From the NCBI RefSeq assembly GCF_022045235.1, contig NW_027266308.1, positions 49,786,001 to 49,850,000 on the forward strand: a stretch of 64,000 bases of DNA. Direction: 5' to 3'. Every line of letters begins with the position of its first letter. The first letter of the stretch is position 1. The notes beneath the pieces are model-generated. The model saw only the letters and a list, made by a program, of their open reading frames with translations. It was not told the origin of the DNA and made no database searches. Made by a program: the position numbers and the translations under genes. This stretch comes from Haliotis cracherodii. Its lineage: Eukaryota. Of this stretch, positions 12,201 to 24,200 are shown piece by piece.

Positions 12201-15200
12201 TCCAGCTCATGAATCTTCGAAGACAATCCTTGAATCTTCAGGTCTCGATCATTTATTTCCTGCTGTAGTTCTGATAACCTGTCCTGACATTTCTGGAGTT
12301 CCACCATCTTGGTATTATACGTTGCCATGTCAACCGTTTCACTCATGTTAGACCTTCCCAACAACTCACCATACTTAACTTCTAATTCGTTATATTTCTG
12401 TTTATAATTTAATAGTTCATTTTGAGTTTTAAGCAGAGTCTGAGTTTTATCTTCAAACTGAGGAACAAGATTAGTATAGTTGCGATTTAGAGCTTCAAAC
12501 TGTTCCGTCTGTGTGGACACTAACGCAGTAAGTCTCTGAATCTCATTATGATACGTCACACTCTCCTGATGTTTCTGGTTGAGGTAGGTGATCATCTGTT
12601 CTCGCTCAGCCTGAAATGTCATCATCTGCTTGCTTAGATTATCCTTGTCCTGGAGGAGAGAATTGATCTGTGTCCCTTGAGTTTCCTGAGAAGAGTCTTG
12701 CAGCACAGCCAGAAGTGTGTCATTTTTCTGTTTCAGTGCCTCAATCTCCATTTCCCGATCGCGAACGAGACGAGACAAGTTCTGCAATGCCTCCCTCTGC
12801 ATGTCATCCACAGGATTCTCCCTGTTCTGAAGCTGGTGGTTGTCCTCCTGCAGCTTGTTCAGGGCGCTCTTCTCGGCAGTCACAACACTCATCAACCGAT
12901 GCACCTCAGCTTTCAGGGAACTTGATTCTCGGGACTTCTCGGTCATCACTGCCATAATCTGTTCTCGCTCCATCTTCAAGGCCTTGACCTCATTCTCCAG
13001 CTTATGCACACTGACGAGAGACTTATCCCCATGTGACGTCAGGGACTTGGCCTCCAGCATTGTTAGCAATGAGGCATTATTGCTCTGAAGTTCCTGAATC
13101 ACTAGATCCTTCTCTTGCAGGCGAAGCTGAAGTTCACCGATCTCTTTTGAAATCATCTCAATCTTGTTGGATGTGTCACCATCAAAATCATCCTTATCAA
13201 CAAATTCTTCTTCATCCCACTTCCTTGATGGTGAAGTGTATTCTATTGCTGCCTTCTCTGGATATTCAAGAGCAGGGAGGCCTGGCTGAGAATCTCCTTC
13301 ATTGAGTAATTGCAGCTTTTTAGCATCCACAAGGGATGAAGCTCTTGTCAACTTGTATTTCAAATCAGCAATTTCTTCATCCTTGTCTGCAGATTTCTCT
13401 TGTAGAATCAAAATTAAATCATCCTGTCTTGCAAGCTTTACTCTTTCTTCTTCGATTTCCCTAATATACCCTTCATGTTTTTCATTTAACTGAGTAATTC
13501 CTGCCTTGTGGTCATTAATCAGGGACTCCTGACTGTGGACAGTTTCCTCTAACCTAAATATTTTGTCTTTACATGACGCAAGCTCTTTCTCCAGCTCAGT
13601 GATTATCTCCAGCGTCTTCTGCTGATCCATTTCATCAGGCTTCTGTTGTTCCATGTTCATCTTATTCACCTCAATCTCTGTCCTTAATCTCTGAATCTCC
13701 TCCTTCGAATCAGCAAGGAGTTTCTCCATACCCTTCATGCTTTCCATGAGGACCTCCTGCTCCTTCAGATGAGCACACAACTCCTCATACTCCGAATTTA
13801 GCTCAATATTTGCAGACTTCAGTGAAGAAATTTCATCATCTTTCTCTTTCAAAATAGAAGTCAGCTGCAACTGGCTGTCGACAGACGTCTGCATGGTGTC
13901 TTTAGTCATGTCCAGTTCTGATTTTAAAGAGTTAATCTGAGACTGCAGATCACTGATTGCAAGCTCCTTCTCATGACAAGTCTGCATCATGGCCTGATGG
14001 TCTTGCTGTAACGCTGTGGCATCCTTGTCTTGGCTGCTCTGCAGTTCCTGGATGTAACTCTCATAATGTTTAGTCTGAGCATGGAGTTTGTCCTCCAACT
14101 GACTAATCTCCTTTTCAAGATTTACCTTGTCTAAGTTCACAGCATCAAACTGAGTCTCCAACACAGAGATTCTGTCGTGCAGAGGTTGTGATGCCTGCCG
14201 AGTACTTTCTTGCTTTTGAACTTCGAACTGCTCAGTTTGAACAGACAATCTCTGATTCTCAGCCAAAAGCTGAGAACATCTAGTCTTTTCATGCTCACAG
14301 GCAGTATAATACTCATCAAGTTTTGATCTCAGTTCAGAGATTTCATTTTGCAATTCCTCCATCTCTTTACTCACCGCCTCCTTCTGGGAGTTGTGTACCT
14401 GAGTTTGTTCGTTCCTCTCCTGCCAGTCCTCAATCTCGTCCTCAGCTTCTTGCAGTCTCTCCCTGAGGTCCTTGTTCTCCTCTACTAGGCGGGTGTGGTC
14501 CTCCCTCATCTCCTTCAACTTGGCCACCTTCCCTGTAATCTCCTGTTTCACTCTCCCAAGCTCCTCCTGGAGCTCGCGCTTGTCCATATGTAGATCATTC
14601 ACTGCCACTGCAGCATTCTGACACTTCTCCTTCAAATCTTGAATCTCCTTCGCTTTATCAGACTCCATCTTCTCCAGTTTAGCCTGAAGCTCCTCAACCA
14701 GAGCCTCATCCGGTCCTTCAGCAGCATCAGTCAGGTCTTTTGATGATGAAGCAGCTTCCTCAATCTGAGCCCGGGACTTATCCAGTTCTTCAGTGAGGTT
14801 TACAATCTCTGTATCTTTTAGGGAAAGACTGGTGTTAAGGGTGTCGACCTGCTGCGAGAGGTCGTCCCGTATGCTGATGAGTTTGTCCATGGCCTGCTGA
14901 TGCTGCTGGTCCAGCTCCTCCAGACTGGACTCCAAGTCCAGCTTCTCCTGTTCCATGGCTTTCATCTCCACCTCATGCTGCTGGACTCTCTGTTCCAGCT
15001 GCTGCTGCTGCTGCTGGGGAGACGCTACAACACAAGGTCAAACTGATGTAAGGACAACCAATCAAAACTGATATACAGTACATGTACATGTTTCAAGATG
15101 ATAACTTACTACATAAAATAGACTTACAACAATTGTAGCGGTAAGACAGCTTCATGGAACTCGATCCTGATTTGGTTGTTTGTTATTCAATGTCATAGTT

Positions 15201-18200
15201 ACAATATTCTAGCAATATAGCAGCAACCAGCATATAAGTGATTATTGAACAGACAAACCAGTAACAATTGCCAATGGGGTGCAATGACAAGTAATCAACG
15301 AAATCATGGAGCCTGACGAACCCATCAATTTAGTCCCTTCTTACGAAAAACATAGCTTACTGGGAACTTCTTCTAACCCAGAATCCCCATGGACGCTAAA
15401 TAGTCTTACCTTGTTTTTCACTTTGTAGCGACTTCTCCAATGTGGATACATTGTTTTCTAAACGTTTAATCTTTTCTTCAAGTGCAACCTGCAAAACAAG
15501 ACAAGATTGACAACAACAATATAAGCAGCGTTTATGAAACACAGAAACAAGAAGATCCTCCTTGGACACAATAAGCAAACTTTGTCCAAACACCTTTAAC
15601 AGCAATCCAAAGTGTCAGTCAGGCTGACTGTTTTTTGAAAGTATTTATCCTATCTCACAATAAGAAAAATTCCAAGAAATAAATTATAGACAAAGTCACT
15701 TCGATCTTCAGATTTACTGGTAATGCCAATTTTGAAGAGCTCAGCCTGTCATAAGTGTACATACTGAGAATCATGAGGTACAAATACTGTATTCGACGTA
15801 CTAAAAAGTCCCGCTCTAATAAGCATCCATGGTGATATTTGCTAACATATTGGCGAGTGAACTATCCCAATTAGCACCCCTTCCGATTGATCAATGTACA
15901 CAAGACTTATTTATTCGTGTATAATACGCACTTGTGTGTTAAATGCACCCTTAATTATGGGCAATTTAATTCTGGACAATATATCTGTCGTGTATGATAT
16001 GCACATACTTTTTCTTTAATATCATTTCAGGCTGTCAGCATAAACTACGAAATTTACAATCTTTTGACTCTGATTTTTTTCTCACCAAAATTATATTCTA
16101 ACAAGAGCCCCCTATTTCTAATTTTGAGAGCGCCACGGACGCTTATTACGTTGAATACGGTAGTACGTAAAATGGTGCATGATGGATGCAAAGAGCCATG
16201 GGCAGGATCTCACCTTGTCAGCCTCCAGCTGATCTCGCTCCTCCTCCAGCTGCAGGTTGGCGTCACTCAGTTTTTGAGCCTGGGCAGCAAACGTTTCAAT
16301 GTCGGCCTCTAGAGTTGTCTCCCCTGTCTGCAGCAGATCTTGGTGTTCTGCCACGATTGTCTCCTCGACCACTTCTCCTGTCTGAGAGTCCAAACACAGC
16401 AATGAGATACAATGGCTCAGGTTTCATGGGAAATGTAGTGTCACTACTTATTCTGAAAGAGCTGAAAATCTATTTGATGGAATTGACAACTCATAATATT
16501 CAGTACATTCATCTCTGCACATGACCACAAAAAGAGCCGATTTTTTGTAATGAGCATCCAGCGGTCAACAAAAGCAGCAGGCAGTTGATCAAGCAAAGTT
16601 ACATCGTCTTCCTGTCCTCACTGGTCCATAAACACGCATCAACCCTTCTTTCCATCAATATTATTTTCCTGTTCAGGTTTCACTTCTAGTGGCTAAAGGT
16701 ATAATTAAGTCGATCCTTGGATGATTATTTGTCTATTTCTATTCTCATGAATTCTGAAAAACTTGTTATTCCATAGCAATCCTAGGGGGAATAGGTTAGA
16801 TATTTGATAATTACCTGAGTCCTCTCTACTGCCTGGGATTTCTTCTCCTGACGTTTCACCTCAGCAAGACCCTGGCATATAAACAGTTCAAATGAATAAA
16901 CAATTCTAATGATGCTCAGATATTGTCAGTGTTATGGGCACAAAAGTGAAGGGTCCTTGTTGTAACACTAATGTTAAATAGTAGACATTGAGTGGACCCT
17001 ACATTGAAATACCATAGGGCAAAACTTCAAGGTTCCCAAGACGCATATTAATTTCAAATACTGATTATAACAGCACACTTTTTCCAGACCCCATGTCTAG
17101 CATCATTCTTGCAAACAAATAAAACTATTACGGAGGCACTTATATAATATTTTTTACCGGTTTACAGCTAAATCAACCAAGATATAAATCACAGCACTAA
17201 CTAACTAGCAGGTGGTCCAGTCATCTAAGGCACAGCAATTAGATGTGCAGAGTGGCATCCTTTGGGCATGCCAGAAAAATATCAGTGAGGGTTCGAATCC
17301 TGGTTCGCCCAGATTATGTTCCTAGGTTTGTGAGCACCATAACCGAGCTTGTGGGTTTCATCAAAGTGGTAAACCTTTGGGACCTGCCCGACTTCGGCTT
17401 CCAACCCACTTTAAGCTGACATGCCGTGATATAACTAGAACACTGTTTAAAGGGGCATAAAAAATCCAAGTCTCTCACTCACACCACTAACAACAATCAC
17501 CTTCTGTGCAAGTGCGATGTTCAGTTCCATCTCCTTTTCCTGAAGCTGTTTCCGCAGCTGTAGTAAAACTTCTTCAAGAGATTCTTTCTCCAGCTGCCAA
17601 TCAGATTTCACAAATTCGAACTGATCGATGTCTGTCTTATATTTGTCGACCTCTGTCTGGAGCTGTTCGACCTTGAGGTCAAGTTCACGATTCCTGCGTG
17701 AGAGTTCAGATATGTCGCTGCCATCAACTGTCCTGTGTAATAACATTGAACACCATCACCATATGCAGTGGGTATAGGAAGCCAGATGATAACATCCACT
17801 GGTTATATTGTATAACACATCAGGAATGGGCATTCATGCAAGTTTTTATAAGCAAAACAAAAAATAGTATCCCACAATTAATTCAAACCAAATGATAAAA
17901 TGAGATTGCATTGCTATGAAATTCATTACAGATTCACCTACAGTCTTTGCATGGAGTTTACTCAAATAATCAAAGCTGAAACTATAACTTTTTATAAAAG
18001 ATGGAAATGGAATATTTGTAAAAAATGTCCAAACTGCTAGAATACTGTTAATATACTACTCAAAAGAAGTCAAGAACACTCACTTTTTTCAAAAGATTAT
18101 AGTTCATCTGTCATGGCTGGTGGGTATTGCAACACCCAGCCTTCCAATTTGCGAGTGTTCTTTAACTTGTTTTGAGTAGTATACATGCTGTTATTAGGTG

Positions 18201-21200
18201 GGATGTATAATGTGACCAAAGATGGGAATATGAAGACAAAGAAGTAGAATTAAAGCTTGAGAAAAACAAACAGTTGTTTATCTAACAGTTAATATCTGCA
18301 ATAATGAATTATGCAACCAAGCTTGCTTTAATATGGACGAGTCCGTCAACTATTTTCACATGGATCGATTATTGTCATGAAGCTAAAATTAAATACTGCT
18401 TTGCAGGGAAGCTTTACATATGAAGGAATACCTGAGAACCAATATAGTTCTATAAATGTCTCACCTAACACTGCCAGTGGAGAGACTGTCGTTGAGGGTT
18501 GATACAGAACTGGATTCATCCACATCTAGAAAAAAAGGGGCAAGATATCACATCTGCAAATGGAACGTCCTCAATTAATTTATCCTCATACACTATCCTT
18601 ATAAAACTGAATTACAATCATTTTTGAAATAATGGGCATTTGTATGGTGAAACAGGGGAGATAACTGACACTGACCATCTTGCAGCTGCCCCTTCAACCT
18701 GGAGATGGTGTCTTCACATCGACTCCTCTCCTGGGCCTGAGTGGTTGCTGCTCGCTCCAACAGAGTTATCTGTTCTTGGCACTTCAGATTCTGTTCTCTC
18801 AGGTACAGGTTTTCTTTCTCAAGTGATGCAACTAGTTCTGAAATGGGCAAAATAATCCTCATTATCAAAGAAATAATGACATAAAACGAACAACCACCAA
18901 CATTGCCTAACATATTTTCTTGAGTATAGCACACATTTTTTTCCAAGAAACACACTTGTGTAGAGGGAAGTGTGCATAATACACGCCACAATGAATTTTA
19001 ATGTTTTTGTCCCCAAATGCAAAGATATAACCTTCAGAAATGAAATAATGTACACTCTTAAACCTGTACAATAATAATCAGATGATCAAACAAATTAGTT
19101 TGTGTCATGCATATCACTAGGATGGCTATAGTTTTCCCAAAATTGAACAAGACTGATAAAAACTGGAACATAATGTAGTTGAAATCGTCTGCAGACTTGA
19201 AAGGTCATGAATTAATTACCTGCAGTGACCTGCTGATGACCGGGACTGCCGAGAGACTCCACAATGGCCGCTGCCTCAGTGGTCAGATGGGTACTGAGAG
19301 ACTTGACTTCCACCAGATTAGACTTCACCTGCCCTTGCTGTGCACACATGAACAGCCATTAGACGTACAGTAGTGGACGGCAACATCACAGTAATGAAAA
19401 CTGACATTTTACATTAACATGCTTCTCCTGCAGGACCAACAGTTCTATTTCATATTCATACTTGTCATTACATTCCTACCATTCCCTGTTTTGGAATGAC
19501 ACCTGCTTTCAAACAGCCATATTGACTATGATTTCTCCTGTTATAATGAGAGGTGTGACATCATCAAAGCTGCTGACTAGACAGTGCACACATCTGACTT
19601 GTCAACATTTGGTTCCTGTGAAGTACTGTATACCTATCAGAACTATCCATTCAGAATTTTTGTGCCCATGTCACGATGAGAAGGAAGAGTAAAATAGTGT
19701 GTATACTTTAATTTGACAAACATTCATAATTTGTCAAAAGGTTCCAGTTTTAATGACGACCTGCAACAATTACCGGTATGTTGAGTGAGTGAGTATGGTT
19801 TTACGCCGCTTTTAGCAATATTCCAGCAATATAACGGCAGGGACACCAGAAATAGGCTTTACACATTGTACCCAAGTCAATAATTGAACACGGGTCTTCG
19901 GCATGATGAGCGAACGCTTTAACCACTCGGCTACCCAACCACCCCACTAAAGTACCAAACCAATCAGGTGTTCGAAAACAGGTGATGACACTCGAGCAGT
20001 TTACAGTTACAGAGGACATCCCCTCTTTTATCAAGGATTATTTTTCTATCAGAATACAGCTGAATTCTGTTGCTGAAGTCATCACCTACCAGTATGAAAA
20101 CAAATTTAATTTTGATTCACTCATCCCTCAAAATATCAGCAATGTCGTGTGAACTGTTTGAAAGTAGGGGATGAGAGGATAGTAAAATGCATCCATATTG
20201 AGAATCAAACAATGTTGGGAATCAAGCAGACGCCTAACCATTCGAGACCAACAGCAATGATGATTGACTAAGCCATTAGTGCCATTGATTTAATATATTA
20301 ATCTCTTTACGATTCTGCATCTATTGTTGCATGTAGCTAACCTTCTGCCCCAAGACATAGATCTGATTGGCTAGTTTCTGCTTCTCATTCAGCAGACGGT
20401 TGCGTCTGCCTGCACTGTCATTGTCCATCTGGTGGCGTACATGCTGCAAGTCACTTAATACCTCTAAAGCATCAGCCTGGAACGGGGGCATTCATTGATG
20501 AATTCAAACAAAATATTGATTCAAGTTTCATCAGCAGTTCAGACAAATTAGTTATGATTTACATGAAAAGAGATGACGAAAAGGGCTCATTCTACCATGT
20601 GTCTAGTGATATTTACAATTAAAATTAAACATTACGAGGGATCAACAATGAAATGTAATTTATGTGCATTATGTTCTTCCTCCCAATGCAAAAACAAAGA
20701 CACATTTTGAAACATAAAGGGAATTCCAAGAGTCAATACAAAGGTACCACTCCGTTTTCTTAGTTTTTGCGAATTCAATTTCAGTATAACTGACGCGGTC
20801 AATGTATGGCATGCAGAAGAGGGGAGACAACTCACTGATCAACAGTGCAGACGGACATGCTGCAAGAGCAGTATCAGGTCATGTGTGAGGCAGAATGTAC
20901 ATGCAACATAGACATATCTTTACTTCTACATCATAACACTGGAGACTAAGACTAGCTATCGCTACATTCAACATCACTCAGGGCTCTTGTCAAGCATATC
21001 CAGATGCAAACCATGCGTCTTGTTGTTGTTGTTGTTGTTGTTGTCAAAAAATAGTTCAAAGTGACACAAGAAGTACTGCTGCAAATTTTAGTCAGGAACA
21101 TTAGCTTCAATCACAAGAATGCCTTACATATTATTCAAGCAAATTTTAGCATAGGCCCCCTACTACACAAAGAAATCTTGGAACAGCACCAAATTGATTG

Positions 21201-24200
21201 AATTTAACAGGTGCAGTAGTTTTCTGCAATTTCAGATACATTCCTAAGGAAAGTTGTCAAATGAGTGAACAAAGCTGAAATATACAAATACACTTAATTC
21301 CATGCAGAAAAGTAAGATGCAGCTGTCATAGTTGCATGCAAAGTTAGTCAAGGGGAGACAACTATCCAAGGGGAGATAAGTGCCTGCTGACAGTACATGG
21401 TTTGCATCCAGTTGCTCCAAGAGTCTCTGTTTTGCATCAAACAAAGATAGGCCAACCTGTCCGACTTCTTTTTCCAGTGAACTTTTTTCTGAGAGAGCTT
21501 CTGAAATATACAACAATGATAAGTAACAATGAGTCTTTTCAAGTCATATCTTAATGCTTAAAGTCAAAGCCAATGGGGGTTTCACTTTGCTTTCAAACTT
21601 ATCATCTAACACCCCCTTCATCTTCAGCAGGAGTAATCTTCATATATAACTTATATAATTATTTCTAAAATCGAACATGATTCGGTTTTTCAAGAAAGTT
21701 TGCTTGATACCCCAATAAAATGCACATGCTTGTTTAACTAAATTATAAATTTAAAAAATCAAACATGAGTTCACTGAAGGCTATTCTGATCAATATGCAA
21801 CAGCTGACTCACGTTCAAGAGCCTGCTTTAACTGTACAACGTCATCCCCAGCAGCTTGCTTCAGCGTCTCGAGCTCGGCCCGCTGGTCAGCGACAGTCGA
21901 GTCCAGGAGGGTGATCTTCTCTACATAGCTGTCTCTTTCATCCTGTAGTTTGCCCACCTCCGTCTGTAGTTCCTCCAACACTCCCTCCAGGTGGCGCTTT
22001 GCAGTCTCGATCTGCCATGTGCCATAAACAGATTAGTCTCTGCACATCTGCACAGGTTTGTCGATCATAGTAAAAGAACCATCATTTGTCCTAAAAGGGT
22101 TGTAACTTTGCCAACTTTGAAAATAATGACCTGATGAAATATCAGCAACAACCATTATAATTGCCAAATATACTACTAAAAAAGTTACGGACCACCCGAT
22201 TCTTTCATATTACTATATTCAGCGTTAAAAATTGGCACTAGTCCTGTACTCCTTGCCAAACTGCCCAATGGTTAAGGTATCATAAGGACTGGTAGAAAAT
22301 TGCCATTTATGAAGGGTTTTGCTATATGTTATCATTATAAGGACTAGTTGACTAAAAGTTTCTACCGCTTTGTATTTAATCTGTCATGGCCAGAGTAGTA
22401 TATCAGCAGCAACTATTATAATCTCGACTGCTGTTCACACATGAACCCTCACCTTGTTCTTCTCCGTATTGACCTTGGACAGCTGTGTGTGCAGGTCTTG
22501 CAGCTCACGTCGCAGATCATGAACATCAGACTCAGAGCTGAGTCCAGCTCGGTCAGCCTCAGGCAGGTTGGATGATCCATGCCTCACACTGTCATTGTCC
22601 CGACCTGACAGACATTTCATCATATCATTCAACAACAGACACTGGGAAAGACCCTTACTTTGTCTAGTTAAGCTATCTTTGCAACATAGCAACAGTAATA
22701 TTTACTAAACTGAACAAAACATCCTTCAATAATTTAATCATGGATGGATGCCATGTGGAGTACGCTAGATGCAGAAAATATATGCAAAATAAGTTGGCTA
22801 ACTTGAGTTAAGGCTGAAAGGTTAGGGGGTTTTTTCCATCAAAAAGATAGATTCATAACATACACACATACTTTTGAGAATAAAAATATGTAACATTATC
22901 ATAAAACACTGAGATTCACATTTTTACATCTTCTTGGTGAGATAGAAGTCGTGCCTGACAATGAAAAGTGAAAAAGCATGCGAAGTGAGATAATGTTACA
23001 TCACTCACTTTCACTCAGCTGCTGCTCAAGTGCTGCAATCTGTCTCTTGAAGTCAGCCACCTCCTGTTTGTGCTTCTTCTTAATGGCAGCCATCTTGTCT
23101 GTGTGTACATCCTGAAGGGAGACAACTTCATGTTGCTGATGATCCCGGGCTTGTACCAGCTGATGTTCCAACTCCTGCAATAACAGAGAATCAAACAGAC
23201 TTTAATCATAGCTTGTGAAGTCTCAATCAAAACATGACATACAAGCCAGTTTATTTGTAACAGCAAGTGTAACAGCTTCATTTGGGCATCAAGGGAGGAG
23301 GACAGTTTCAGAACAGATGAGAATGTAGTAAGCTGTAGTAAGCATCCGCCTCGAATAAGCGCCCTGAAAAGTAATCTTCAGAAGTGGCTACTTTGAAAAC
23401 CGAAAAAGATCACATTTTCTTTTGTATATTACAAAAGTAACGCAGAAGTCGCATATAATTGCCTAGTAAATTAATGAAAACATTTTTGGTTTCATCAACA
23501 TTTGAACTAAGTTTGAACTATTTTTGAAAACAAATAACTTTTGTGTATGGTTTTAATAAGCACACATTTGTCAATTTCCTATGCGCCCAGAACTTTTATT
23601 ACAGAAAATATGCTAGACCAATTTATAGATTGTATTACCTGATAATCAATACATTGATCTGTTTTACAATATTTATTTTCATGTGAGTATTAAAGTAAGA
23701 TTTAGACAGCAAAATTGTTATTTATGTGTAAAACTTCCCCCAGGATTGTCTCTATGACAAGGACATGCTCTACCACCACTGGGCTTCTCCCTTAATAGCT
23801 GAATAATGCTGAATGTGTCATTACACAGCAAACAAACAAGATACTCGCTTAATCCTTATCTCATTGTGTTTAACCTGGTTGACAAACTATGTCTAGGCCT
23901 AATCTATTTTATTTATTCTTTATAGATTTTCTCGGCCAGTATGCCAAGAAGTAGATAAGAAAAATTACAAAATGGTGTGATTAATCACCACTATAAAATT
24001 CCGGATATTATTTTTAAAATATCAGTTCACTATATAATCCAAACTTTGCCTTTTCACCTTTAAACTGCTTTTGAAAAGCCACTTGAAATAAACACACTTT
24101 CAATCAAATGTGCCTTTGGTCACGCTCCGATATGTTAGGTGGTAGTAAAATAAAACATCTAGAACTTGTAGGCAGCTAGGAGTGTATACTCCCCAGGGAG

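Noticed and set aside
11881-13493. + strand ORFs overlapping the giant exon
   Set aside because: Antisense shadows of Glu/Gln/Leu-rich coding sequence.
11744-14971. The 1075-aa ORF as a standalone single-exon gene
   Set aside because: It starts at a GTG, is bounded by splice sites (15024 and 11786) and joins flanking exons in frame.
21381-21384. GC-AG donor (GCAG|gcactt) extending the 21500 exon further
   Set aside because: Poor consensus, and its phase 1 is incompatible with the next phase-0 exon.
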